64,000 nt of DNA, from positions 993,098 through 1,057,097 of the forward strand of contig NW_002060951.1 in assembly GCF_000150275.1 (NCBI RefSeq), given 5' to 3'. Positions 13,001 through 26,731 of the stretch are shown piece by piece. Both the position numbers and the translations under genes were made by a program. A model generated the notes under the pieces. It was not told the origin of the DNA and did not search any database. It was given only the letters and a program-made list of their open reading frames with translations. The stretch is from Trichoplax adhaerens. Taxonomy: Eukaryota; Animalia; Placozoa. How positions within the stretch are numbered: position 1 is the first letter of the stretch; the number at the start of each line of letters is the position of its first letter.

Positions 13001-16000
13001 TGAAGTAGTTAATTGAATAACTGCTTCCTTTTGAATTAAATTAACTGGCAATTCTAACTTGTAAACTAAAGGAAGAAATCAAATTTACGACTACTTTCTC
13101 TTAATCCAAAACAACTGCTATTTCCTAGCTATAAAATAATTCCATATTGCAGACTTGATAAATTCATCTTCGGCTATATCATTAGTCATGCTATTAACTG
13201 TGGTATGGCTGTTTAACTTTTATAGGAAAAACTTTTTCAACACAACGCCAACAAAATTTCGTATTTGACACCGGATCGACAGGATAATCGGGTTTTTGGT
13301 TTGATTTATTTCTTGGATAAGAAACACGTATTTTTTGCCTATAAAAGCGAGAAAAATGTAATTTTTAAAGGCCGATTTCATAGCTATTTATACGTTTTAT
13401 ACGTAGGAATTGACACCATTTATATCGATCTTTTGGAACAGGTTACAGCTGCTGTAGTATTGAACTGTGTCAAAGATTTCTTTGAACATCTTGTCCAAAA
13501 GAGAAGAATACGGAAAGGTAAGGCTTGTGTACTCAAAGCAGTCAAGTAACGCAATGTTCAAGTCTACAACCCCTTCCTTTGTAAAGAATTCATCCTGACC
13601 GATGGCATAAACGCTTAAAAAAAATTCAGTCTTATGATATCAACTATGGTAGTCTTCAACTATACCATTCTGGCAATAAATAGGAATGTTTCTTCAAGAA
13701 TTAGTTCTACTCATTCTAGCTAGTAAAATTGATAGAAATGTTGATAAGTTCTGCCATGGAAATATTAATTATTGGCACTTGGCCTGTCTAGCTAAACGTT
13801 TTGATGCGTCTTTCATTTTTACTGGTATAGTATTTCTTTATGATAGCAAGTGATGTTATAGAAGTAGCTGTTTCTAAGTACTGCCATACCTTTAGTTTCA
13901 CCAGTGCCTTTTTTGTAATACATGTGATTGATTTACTTACCAGTATTTAATTACTAATGTCAATTATAATTCCTCCAGAATGCAACTTTATTCAAGATTC
14001 CATCATTCTTAAACATGTACTTGATATTATAACTAAATTTAGTTATTTAGCGATTGCTGTACTTATCTTAGTTTTAGTTCTTATAGGACACAATTTTAGT
14101 TGCATCATAATTAAATTGTCATCACTTCAAAAAGCGTGTGCAACTACAACAAATTTATTCGACTAGTCCTTGTTCAGATTGTTTCCAGTATTAATGGTAC
14201 AATCGTATTCCTACTTTATTGATTATTCTTTGGAAGAATAAACCGTAATCATAAATAAGCGTATATGCATCAACCCTTACATGTGTTTATAAATTCCCTT
14301 TCAGAGAAAGAAGCGACACAAAAAAATGAAGTGGAAAAGGTGAAAAACGTTAAATCATCGTTATTATTGCTTTTAGTAAAAACATGACAACGAATGTTCA
14401 GTTAACATATGCAAATAACCGATAACAATCAGTTGAAATACATTTAGATATTTATAAGAATTAAAAATAACGGCGCAAGTATCTATGATTCAACTGATAT
14501 TCTTACTTAGTGTATATATATATATATACGTACATATTTAATTACAGAAGCCCGATCCAGCTACAGAAGCTAACCTCATAGACGAAAAAGAAACCAAGGT
14601 AAAGTCGTTAGCTTGCGAATCGTATGTTCTTGATCTTAGTAGATTTTACTGTACCATAGCGTAAGCAATTCAATTTACCTATAACTCTCGATATAACCAA
14701 TATAAAAAATATAGCGTTAATAACCTATAGTAAACAAATTAGTTATTTGAATGTAACGTACAACGAAACGGTATTTAGTGGTAGAACCTTATTTGCCTAA
14801 AGTATTGATGCGGAAATAATATTCTTCGAAATTTTGTCAAAGGGTGTATCATATTATACGTATACGAAGAATAATACTTAGCACATATGATTTCTAAAAG
14901 TGTTACTGCAGAAATAGTTGTTGATTTAAAGTTTTAGTCCCATTGCAAGCAATTTGTTTGCTAATTGATTAATTAAGTGTGTAGTAATAACAATAATAAT
15001 TTCATTATTTATTTAAGGCGTAGATGAGTGTTATAATAGAATATACGCTACAGAATCACTTCATTACTACCGTATTGTACACGAGCAGAATAATTTAGTC
15101 ACTACTTTGCCAGTTATTAATTTCTAATTTTACGTTGAAAAATATCAACTATTAAAAGATAAGCTTATACCCCTTGTTCGATTAATAAACGATATAACAT
15201 TGATTATTTTGCCTTTTATCTGGCCATTCCTTTCTTCAACAACTTTATTAACATGTAGCCTGTGAGTGTAGAAGAAATTAAAAAGCAGGTTAGTGTAAGA
15301 TTCATAAGGGATATACCGCTAATAATTATTATAATTACTAATAGCTTGACAGTTACATAGCCTCCACATAATCTCTGATTCTATAGTAGATATTTATCCT
15401 AAATTGCATGATTGTAGATACATTATAAACTAAGATTGTTTTCTAATATCTCCTCATTATTAGGAAATATTAAATCTAGCAGGATCAACAAGTAATGAAA
15501 TTAAACAGGTAAGAAGATCCATATCGTAGCTAACACTTTCCAATTCATCTAGAACAATAATACAAACGAAATTCCAATTATGATAATGTATAATTTTCTG
15601 TAGCTTAAGTAGGATATTATTATTGAAAAACTTTCAGAATTTTAATTCTAATTGTCATAATAGAATAAAATTATTTATACGAATACCGTGAAAGCCCTTA
15701 GCAATGCAATGCATTTACTTTATTACGAAAACTGATATTATATTATCTAAATTTATAATATAGGCCGAAGACAAAACTAATGCAAATACTGTTACTGAAC
15801 AACCAGCGGCTACAGAATCTAAAAAAGAAGTAACAGTATCAGCTAGCGTTTCCAGCGCAGCAGCTAGCAGGGTATCCATACTGCAACCCCCACCATCAAA
15901 GCCAGGCAATCCTGCTAGCAATCCACCGCAGAATACTGTAGCTTCAACATCCAACGGCTATGATAAAGGCTCATTAGATAATATATTTAGTCCAAAACCG

Positions 16001-18460
16001 AGCAATGCTAACCAATTTGCTTTTACAAACACTCAGCCTCCACAAGCACAAAATCAACCCTCTCAAGTCCAGTTAGACGATATTTTTAGTCCACAATCGA
16101 ACAATCAAAATCAAGCTAAACCTGTAAGTAGTCTGCCTGCACAGGGACATAATCCATCTTCTCAAACTTCATTAGATGACATATTTAGTCCAAAACCGAG
16201 TAGTCAAGGCCTACCTGATGCAGCTCCACAAGGGCAAACTACCGCGTCAAAAGACGGCCTAGATGACATATTTAGTCCTAAACCAAGTAGCCAAGAACCT
16301 GCTGCTGCTACATCTTCTCAAGCATTAGATGACATCTTCAGTCCGCAACCAAGTGGTCAAGAACAAGCTCGATCTATGAACATCCCAGCGGAACAAGGGC
16401 AAAATACAACTTCTCAGGCTTCATTGGATGATATATTTAGTGCCCAACCCAGTAACCAAGTCTTAACAAGTAACAATAATCGGCCTCAACAAGCCCCAGC
16501 AGTCTCATCTCGAGGTTCATTAGACGCTGTCTTTAGCTCACAAACTACTACCAGTACTCAATCCAGTATTGAAATTACAACCAATCAAACTCAAGCAAAT
16601 GTTAATGTGCAACTTTCCATGAATGATCCATTTAGCCAACCTGCTGGAACTGATAGCACTACCAACGGTTCAAACCAATTGTCGCAAGGACAAGACACAA
16701 ATAAACAGGTACTATTGGACGATTTATTCAGCTCAGTACCTAGTAGTAATCAAAATACTCTTCCACCTGCCAATCAGCCTTTTATAAGTACTTCTGTCAG
16801 TCCTACGAATAATCCATTTGCATCTCAAACAAGTACACAAAGTAGTCTAGAAGCAACTAATATGCAACAGCAATCTTTGATGACACAAAATGTCTTCTCT
16901 GGCCTATCTGCTTCCTCTCAAGGAAACAATGCTCAAGATTCACTCCTAGCTCCATCATCTGGTTTCTCTAATCCTTTCTTTGGCACTAACAGTCGAGTTA
17001 ATAGCAGATCCAACAGTCCTGTCAACACTCCAAGTCCGTTCGATAGTAGTGCAATCCCTCCAATTGGTAGAAGTGCTAGTCCAGCTAATCCTTTCAATGC
17101 TGGCCCAACCAGCGGTCAAGTTAATTACAACGCTGGTCAAGGATTGTTTCTTGCAGATGATTCTGCGCCACAGCCTGCCCCTCAAAAATCAAAAAATCGC
17201 CAAGACGAAATGGATAAAGCCTTTGAAGGTTTAAATGTATTGGGTCCTAAAGAGACAAAGCCTCAAAAAAGTCTACCTATGTCGGCCATGGCTAGCCAAA
17301 TAAATCCAGCTTTCCAGTCGATTTCATCAACAAATCGTACTTTTCAGCCTATCGATACGGCCGGAGCTTTCAACCAACAAGTGCCAATCCAAAAACCGTC
17401 AGCTTTTGCACCTGCCAGTGGTAATAATAGTAATGATTATAACAACGATATATTTGGAGGATCCTCTTCTGGAAATGCTGCTCCTACTCAGCAGGTAAAA
17501 TATCATACAGAATAATGCAATGCTTACAATCAATATCGAATACTACTAACTGTCAATGAACGGTCTACGCTGTAACGGATAGATAGATAAACATAAGGAT
17601 TGAAATTATATATCGTATATACTGTATACTATATACATGGTGCTAGGTAGCATGATATACAGATATAAAAGTCGTAAAAATTTAGTCTATTAAGCTAGTA
17701 ATTTCTGATTAAAATAGTGTATGAGTTGCTATCAGCAACACTGCATATTAATATAACGCGCAATAGTTTTTTATCCCAAGGTACGCAGTGTATGTACTGT
17801 ACATATATAATTTAACATATATAGATTAGTTATTATAGATAAACTATGCAATCTTATATTTCTGTTTAGCTGGAGGCTAATATGCAGTAATATACGAATA
17901 CCTATGAGGTATGAGTGATGATAGACATCGTAGATACAAGAAGCAGTAACGAAAGTAGTAGCCAATTATAATTATTCATACAACAATTTCAGAAGTATGC
18001 TGCATTTAATAATTCTAAGTCACCTTACTGTAGTTTTAGTAAAATACGAGCATAGACTATATAAAGCTGGCACCTAGAGTTATACTGTGCAACCAACTTG
18101 AATCAAGCAAATTTTCCTATCTTCTAAATGATTGCCATGATTAACCATTTACTATCAGCAATTCCACTGCCTAATGTAATATGACTGTCGACGCTTACAA
18201 ACGTTATACTCGTATTTCTTGTAACTGGATGTTAGTATGATAACTGACTGTACAAATATCTTTCTAATACCTGTATATGATGAGTATTGTAAATGAAAAC
18301 AATTCGAGTATTTAAAGATATTTAAACTCTAAATAGCATGTATTATCATAATTTATTCTTATGAGGAAATGTAGTTTACTAACAGCAAGTAAATAATACT
18401 TTTCTTTACTTTAACTAGGCATCAGGGCAAGTTGATCCTTTCGCTGATCTATTAAGTTAA
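10046..18460 (+). CDS. DAB: Disabled (Dab1/Dab2-like) PTB-domain endocytic adaptor; exons approx. 10046-10145, 10861-10922, 11099-11170, 11690-11779, 13227-13357, 13442-13517, 14305-14339, 14548-14598, 15259-15288, 15464-15508, 15764-17493, 18419-18460
   Basis: Spliced PTB domain: FDKDGVNFKAK-IMGSMEVDAAQGEKLC-GHKQQVLIKI...ILDEKTG-HNANKISY...DNRVFG. Long S/P/Q/N-rich tail with three NPF and two DPF motifs and DKAFEGLNVLG (cf. Dab2 DAFxxLDPLG). Ends VDPFADLLS*. Confidence 0.85.
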
Positions 18461-20450
18461 AGCAATAAAATTGGCATTGGTGTGAGAGCGGATTGTGCGA
18501 GAAGCTCCTTTTTGTATTATTGCAATATCTGAATGAAAAATTTTAACCAAAAGTATTCTATCTGCGGTAGCACTAAAAATAGATGCTATCTGGCAGTATT
18601 ATGGCACATTACAACATTGCTGGCTTAAAAAGTTACCTGATCTATCTTTGCTCTTTTTCCAATAGAAGCCATAACTATCAATACCGTAATTGAACTCATT
18701 TCTCTCTTTGTAATTTGTGGTGTAATCATAATAATTAGCATGTGTAGGTCGACTACATGGACATTGCATAAGATGTTATTTTACTTCATGATAATTCTAC
18801 CCAATATAAAAATTTAGGTTACTATTAAAGAGTACAGCTAATTGGATTTTAATCGACTCTTTAGCTTACTCTTTAGCTCTTATAATTACAATTTGTTTGT
18901 GGATTATATGGTCATAGATTAATTTCGCCCAAATCAGTAAGATGATAGTATTTAATATGTATAACAGCTGTAACTTTAATTCGACTTTCTACTGCTGATG
19001 TGGAAGATTGGAAAATCATTAAAGTTTGTACTGAGAATGTGGAAACATCGGTCTTATCTCTTTCAATCATTTTGTTATAGTACATTTACATGTTTCTTTA
19101 ATTTCTTTCAACATCAATAAAGCTGGTGATAAGGTATTCTTAGTAGATAGATTGTACTAGTATTAACTCTCTTACAAAATAGAAAATTCTCGCCCATGAC
19201 TATAGAATATATACGGGTTTACTACAGGTACCAATATTTACTTTGCATGGAGCAATGCATCATAATGAACATTACTAATTTATAGTATTAAAATTGATTA
19301 AATGCTTCGGAAACTCTATCCTTCACATTACCACGTCTCAGTGATATTGAATATTATGATACAGTAACAGATGGTATCAGAAATAGTTACTCCTACTTGA
19401 AACAGTAAATTTTATGGCTTAGTAATCTTAAAATTTCGAATTTTCCAGCTAGAAGAGGACACAACTACTGTACTGATATAGTTCTGCTCATTTTATCTCA
19501 GATTATGCAAGGTCCTATACATTTGAATATATACCGATACTGTCAGCATTGAGGAGTAAAGCATCATCTACTCCATCGGTCCAGTGATTCAGAAATACAC
19601 TTTTGCCAAGCAATTTTCAATGAATAATACTTTACTGAATAACATGACAAGTTAAACCTTTCCTAGGTCGTGTAAAATGCGGATATTAGAATGAGTATTA
19701 ATTTTGTAAAAGCAATGCAGTAAAATTATTCTGATATAGTCAGGAAATTTCCGAGCTCTATTGCATTTATTGAAGAGCTTGCAATAGTTGATACTTTATC
19801 CATTGCCAAGTTAACTATTAACAGCTATATAGTACTGAGTAGTTAATTGGTTGAATAAAAGCATTGCAGCAAGAAAAAAGTTTTATTACTGAACAAAATA
19901 ATCTTCCAATTTCCAAAATTGGCAAAGCAATGTCTTTGCATATATATTATATATATACGTACAAGTATAGTCAAACTTTGAATTACGTCGGTAGAGCCTT
20001 CGACTGTATAGAGTAGTAAGAATAAAAGGAAATTTTTAAATTCATTCTTTAAATAATAACAAAGCTAAAGCATTCCACATAAGCTTAAATCGGGCAATGG
20101 TTTCAAGAAAAATATTCATTTTAACACTTAACTTCATGTTGTACACTATAACAGCAAAAAGTTCTGCAGGTACAACTATGAACATGTCGGCTTGCAGACC
20201 TGGAAGACGACTAACGTCAACGCTATGGCAAATTCCATGATAGATACACCAGCTCGTAGTTTAATGAGGAAAACACCTTAGATTGCCCTTACAATAAAGA
20301 CTATCTGGCTATTTTTTAGGGCTTTACAGTATGATTCATATATCCGCTATGTTTTAAGCTAAGGATAGTATACGTAAAAGAGATTGTAAACTACTATGTT
20401 ACAGGCACAATTACGATACAGATAAAGGTTTGGGGACACGCTAAACTCGC

Positions 20451-21473
20451 CTAGCCAACCCAGTTTTGAATTTTATCTTCTTCAGGTAAGACAGACCAAT
20501 TCGGTGAAGGTTGATCGATTCGAAGCCAGTTAAAGTCATCAATGGCTGAAGAGCTTAAACTATTCTTGTCTAAATTTGCTGCAGTAAAATGCTGTTCGAT
20601 CGATGGATAGGACCAATTGTAAGAAGTGAACATAAAACGTGTACAATCTTCAATAATGGCACGACTAGTGACACCAATGTAGAAATGGATATCAGTACTA
20701 CTATGAATGCGTAATTGCTGGCATGCAACTACAATCTTGCAATCATGACATCGATCGACAAAGACTGATGAAGAAACTGGTCCTGAGAGTATAGTACAAT
20801 TCTGTAAATGATCGATTTGTAAAGCGCTTGGATAACCTTGAATTCGTACCGTACAGTTTTTCAATTGTGATAACTTAACATCTTTGGATGAAATTTCATC
20901 GGTAGTAATTTCTAAAGTTTGATTCTCCTGGTTGCTATAATCACATAATCTTCGCGCTAGAGCACCGGTATCCATACTATCTTGATCCTTAGCTTGAATA
21001 ATCTTCCTTGTATCGTCTTGTGTTGCTGTGGTAGAAGAAGAAAGCAGTGGTTTACTAGCAGCAACCTTTTTACGCGATTTAAAAGCAAATTTTTTCTTGG
21101 GCATGTACTGTTCTCGAGTTGTTTCAATATGATTTCGTAGCTTATTTAAATTTTCTTGAGCTTGTCGCAACGTAAAGGAAGGAATAAATTGACTAGAATC
21201 GCCTACAAATTTCTCTAACTTCTCCATAGCAATAGCAACACTATCCAATTGATCAGGTATCGATTTGCTCTCCATCGATGAACATTGGTCCAACATCTCT
21301 TCGATACTCCTTTTTTCATGTTGGAATCGGGTGGAAAATTCGTAAACAGAATCTTGAACAGCTACATTATCGTCTTTACCTTGTCGCTGTTTATCAACCT
21401 TGGCTTGTCTTTTCTCTTGTAATCGATCTAATCGTTTTGTCATCACTTCTTTCTTGGATTGGATATCCTCCAT
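20451..21473 (-). CDS. TBCC: Tubulin-specific chaperone C, intronless (likely ATG at 21473)
   Basis: N-terminal coiled coil, PKKKFAFKSRKK, and C-CAP/cofactor C domain (ILSGPVSSSVFVD, VACQQLRIHS, VTSRAIIEDC, IDDFNWL...PSPNW). Confidence 0.95.
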   Translation of the reverse strand: MEDIQSKKEVMTKRLDRLQEKRQAKVDKQRQGKDDNVAVQDSVYEFSTRFQHEKRSIEEMLDQCSSMESKSIPDQLDSVAIAMEKLEKFVGDSSQFIPSFTLRQAQENLNKLRNHIETTREQYMPKKKFAFKSRKKVAASKPLLSSSTTATQDDTRKIIQAKDQDSMDTGALARRLCDYSNQENQTLEITTDEISSKDVKLSQLKNCTVRIQGYPSALQIDHLQNCTILSGPVSSSVFVDRCHDCKIVVACQQLRIHSSTDIHFYIGVTSRAIIEDCTRFMFTSYNWSYPSIEQHFTAANLDKNSLSSSAIDDFNWLRIDQPSPNWSVLPEEDKIQNWVG

Positions 21474-22068
21474 CTTGAAGAAGTGCTGCTTGAAGTTTTC
21501 CGTCCTGCCAATCTCCGAGGCGGGCCAATCCAAACCCTATAAACAGGGTAGTAGCTGAAAACAGTCATTGATGATTATACTAATACCACGTACTGACAGT
21601 GAATCCAATGGAACAAACGCTCTAAGGTAACAGGTTGTCGCTAAGCAGTTGGTAGGCAATGGCTTCACTATCAGACCTATTGCTACTCGCCAGTTGGATA
21701 GAAATAGAATGAAAATTAGCTCAACATATCGATCTATCATAGCAATATTAGTGTAAATTACGATAGAAGAAACATAGAATTTTTAATTGGTATCCTTGAA
21801 ATTTGCCTAAACGGCAGAATTATCATGCAATCATGATTGAAGGATAGGGTTAGCGCGTAGAGCTGCAAGCTAACTTTCTAGAGGGCGTTCTGTATAGCAA
21901 CACCAATATAATGTAAACGATACGATGACTATAGTATAGCGCAAGCGTGGCAAACGGTAGGTTGCATTCTATGACGTTGGTCCACATTAAGCCAGCGTTG
22001 AATTTCCAATAGCTGCTCATCCACTAGGAGGAGTCCACAGAATCTAGAAATGGTCGCATAATGATCTA

Positions 22069-25000
22069 ATGCAAAGCTTAATGGCACAACTATCCGATCA
22101 TTATAATGGCCAAGAATGGCAGAATAATTTACATAAATGGATCCATCAACTAGCGTCCATGAACAGTGGAGATGTTCAACTCAATCAGCAACAAATTCAA
22201 TCGCTCTTGGACAATTGCGTCAGTAAAATGCATCAGGTCAAGTAAATATTGCATAGATACATTGCAAAGTTTTCTCACTATTTTGCGTCAAGCTTAGGAA
22301 AGCTTGACTATTTCATCAACCATCTTAACGATAGATAATATGTTTAATTGTAAATGTCACTAGATTGATGATATTCATCGTAGAGATTACTTGTTGGACT
22401 TGATAAAGCTTCTAGCAAATTTTTTCTCAAATACTGCATTAGTGCTGTCAAGTAAGTGAAGTGGACCATCAAGGATGCTAGAGTGCATCCTTGTATGTCG
22501 ATGTGATTCGTATTGCATGAAAATAGGTTAAGACAGATCTTGGATACGATAGAAATCCGATGGGATAATAAATGGCATTTCACACATTTAAAATAGCATC
22601 CATCTCGTGACACTGTTTAGGTGAATTAGCCGCCGGTAGTTTGAATTGTTTACAATTAGTTCTAAGCTGTTGCCAACAATTTTCATCGGATACCGATATA
22701 GCTCAAGCCAAGATGATTTTACTGGTAAGGATTCAATAGAAGAGAGTGTTTCATATTCTTTATTGTCACTTGACGAACCATTTGGATCATTTATATACGA
22801 TTTCCTGTCCTTAATTGTTAAAATACGACTAGAAACGATTGCAGTATAACTTACGTAGAGAAACTTCGCATAGTAATACACGCAACGACTCCACTGAAGG
22901 CCATCCGGAACTTATGCCATCATCTGAGGTAGGCCCCAAACTTTTTTCACGACATGCTCACTCCACCAACTGTACAATTATTATCAGTAGTGATGTATTT
23001 ATAACATTTGCTTGTATTTAGCAATTTATTTACCAGCTAACTTCCAAGTTTGCTAAGCTAGAACGGACAAAATGGAGTCCAAAACTCCAGTATGTGATAT
23101 CTGCATAATGCGCATTCGTGAGAAACAGTATGTACGAGTATATAGATCTTATTATAACATAACAAGTAATGATATTCTTAATCGTCAATTTAGGTGTTTC
23201 CTACCGGTTAGAAATAAATGTGGTAAAATGATTCGTACCTTGACGGAAGATATTCTATTACAATATCTGCATTCCGATAGTTTGCAACCTTTGGTAAACA
23301 TGACTCAGTGTTGAAATACTCGTAATCTACATTCTAATGACTTATTCTTAAAGCGTTTACTCATACATATTTATTAATTAAATTAATTAACTATTTGCAG
23401 ATTCTCGAACTAATCAATTTACCTTCTGACTTTATAACTTTAAAGTAATTGCCTCAAAACCTTATTAATATGATCGTTTTAAAATATCTTTCCGTTATAT
23501 CTTGAACCCTGGCTGAACAGCCTTGATAAAATTTCATTACTACAACAATAAATGATAATAACTTCATTCTGGTTCTCTAGAGATAATCAACTGCAAGTTG
23601 AAGATAGTATACCTACATCGTTTCTTGAAAGTATTATAGAAATAAACAGAATCAGCAATAAAATTACCGGTACTTTTACAGAGTCTAGCATAATCAAATG
23701 TCAGCAATTTTATTTAAGTAATCGCAGTAATTAATTGTCATCGATGACCAATATAGCATCTTTTATTATTTCAGCTAATATTGGTGATGTTTATTGAAAA
23801 CTTTTTATACAGACAACCGAACTATTGAAATTATAAATACTAGAATTTGGCATCGAAATTTTGATATGTTTGAAAGTGAAGTAAGCTCACTGCTATACAA
23901 TTAATTATCTACATTTTACTCAACTACTATCTTTAGTCTGACTATAGCCAACTCTGATAATGTAATCAATAATTACTAATAACTAATACCTCAGTTAATA
24001 CTGTCATAACTAATTATTAATACAGTTGCTCAAGGTACTAAAAGAGACCATATCATCTGAAGATGTATTAACAGCTGAAGAGATTCGAAATCATATTCAA
24101 GACCATGTTATAGTGAGCCGATTCTACTGAGCTAGAGATTTATTGATATCAATATTCAATTATTTAAAATTTTATTACTAAAATTCAATGATCATTTTTA
24201 ATCAATATGAATCCTCTAGGTGAAAGTGTGCGCTGCTTCGCCGTGTTTATTTGAAGTAGCATCTAGACTATTATGGTTCGTTACATAATTTTACCGTAAT
24301 CAATAGGCTAGCATTTTCTGATAGAAAAATTATCGGATCTACTGCATTCCAACATAATTTTTGCTATGCTTTGCAAATGCTCTAATGTTAGCTCTCTGAC
24401 GTTACAATCTGGGATCAACTTAATCTTGCTAACTTTTGTCCAAGAGTTTTTTCGGCTTGTATTGGATTATAACACTCGTAAATCTGAGGTAGATTAATTA
24501 GTTATCGTTTATTATACTTAGCTATATTGATATTGTTTCTACGCCTATTTGAATAGTTTTGCTTTTAAACATACGAAATAATCTTATTTCGTTAGTGAAA
24601 ACAGTTATCATAATTTTCGTTAATTTTTTACAGTGCACGCCCATATATGTTAGTATTCCTATTGAATTACGCCAAATTTTCACATGGTTGACCAGATTTA
24701 AAAAATCATCCGATGTGACATCAATTTCCATCATCGCTAAAGAAATGCGAAGTTTATTGAAAGTGCCCTGGTCAATAAATAATCGTATACTCGTATATAT
24801 ATATTTTTGTTATAATCATTCAAAAATTTATGCTTTAACGCTCCTTCAATGAGTGACCGAAGAATTTCACTAACATTTTCATGTTGTGGTAACAATTAAC
24901 ACGATGGTCTTCGTATCAATATCATCATCTTCAATTAGGATTGATAAAGATCTTTGGTGGTTAATAATATGTTTTGGCCGAATCCTTATGCATGTGGCAA

Positions 25001-25825
25001 TAGATGTGGCACTAGTTGGAAATGAACAGGTCTTCTACAGTGAAAATACTATACTAAAATTAAAGTACATCTTACGATATGCAATGATTTTTAATACATC
25101 CTCTTAATTAGTATGTTGATGACGCTATTCAAATATTATTTTGGCATGCTACTCCGTTAGTTCGTACACTTGGCACTACAGATACGGTAAAATGTACTCT
25201 CTTTTAAGCATGCATGTATGAGTATTTTCTAACTCTAAAGTATTATTTCTAAAAATTAATCAACTGCTTCTTTGCAGAGCAATTTTCGTGATTTCGTCGC
25301 CTATTTGAGAGATTATATAAAGTCTAAAGGAAATCCTGAAGTATCGATGAATGAAAAAGTAATCCCATTTAACAACTATGGTTTAAATATTGTCGCCAGC
25401 TTTGTGATTTTGATGCTACCTTTACACTTATCATCAACATTAGAAATCAAGCGTATATGTAAACCAATTGTATGTAAAACCTTGATATCGAATTCAATTT
25501 TTCATCGAGATATACGATACCATTACTATCGCTTTCTATTAATACTAAAATCTCTTTTTAGTGTCTAGCATTAATTGGCAATACAAGGGATTATCTCGAA
25601 GTTATATTACACCTTCTTGATGATCATCAAGTAAAATGGAAGAAAATTGATGACACACACATTCATATTTATACTGATATACTTCACGATCTGATTCAAT
25701 CCATCGAGAGCGAATTAAAAGCAATCGATAATAATACTTTAAATCTTAAGAAGAATACAATCAATTACTTAGAAAGCTATAAAAATAGAGTGCAATCATT
25801 AAAGGTTAGGTCAGAGATGATTTGA
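22069..25825 (+). CDS. FANCC: Fanconi anemia group C-like protein, about 17 short exons (start at 22069 or at MAQ 22081)
   Basis: The hand-spliced product aligns with remembered human FANCC along its length: QEWQNNLHKW...DVQLNQQQIQSLL (cf. QFWMQKLSVW...DTCLHVAQFQEFL); IWHRNFDMFESELLKVLKETISSE (cf. [24 protein letters not shown]); CAASPCLFEV (cf. AACHPAIFRV); WWLIICFGRILMHVA (cf. WFLFIHFGGWAEMVA). First three intron phases are 0/1/0. Some internal junctions near 24.5-24.9 kb are uncertain. Confidence 0.7.
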
Positions 25826-26731
25826 CTTGATTCAGTATCTGAACGTGATTGCTTTTGCTGGTAGTAATGTAATTACAGTATAAAGGAGTTTGTATATAGT
25901 AGACATTATCACAAAACATACATTAAAGCTTACGTTTGTTTATTACATATTTCGAAAAGTAATTTTTTCCATACTGCGAATTATCCTTAATGGCAATGTT
26001 CTTCACTTTGGCATGAATAACTGAATAAAAGCATACGTATACGTCTTATAATTTGATAATATCTACTGTATTTTCCCTACCAATAACACTATGTACATAT
26101 AGCGATAGCAATAAAATCGGAAGACGATAATCTAAAATGTTAGAAATGCGGTTTCAATGTATAGCATCGCAAACCATATATAAATTGTAAATGTCCTTAT
26201 CGATATAAATAGCTATCGCAAATTTAAAAGCTAAAAAGGAACACAAGGGTTCGGTTATTGATAAAATAATTTCATACGAATATACTGCAGTTTAAAAATT
26301 TTCGGACATTTATAAATATGGAATCTATTATTGACCAATATCAATACAGATATTGGCGAAAAAACGTCCAATGCTAGATTTTATCTTCATACTTTACATC
26401 AGAAATCGCTATATGGGCTACCATAAGATTTACATAAGACTTGCAAAGACGTTAATGATATTGATAGCATTATAATTAACTCTCAATTACATTCCCGGTA
26501 TAACAAGCCATCAACAATAACCAAAATACAACAATACTAATTCAACAAGAAATCTATTACAGTTGCAACCATTCCAGACTGTACATCATAATCAATATCA
26601 CATTATTATGTCTTAAAAATGCTTATTACATCGGTAAGTACGAAAGTAATGTATCTTTCACCCCGAAGATCTGTAAAATGTGAAAACTTTCAGTCAAAAA
26701 AATTTAACTCAATATTCGATCAGAATTTTCA

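Noticed and set aside
21474-21533. N-terminal extension of TBCC given in the ORF track
   Set aside because: It starts at a TTG; the first ATG (21473) gives a normal-length TBCC.
21790-21797. U12-type donor-like GTATCCTT (also at ~681 and ~43939)
   Set aside because: No associated coding exon or TCCTTAAC branch site was found.
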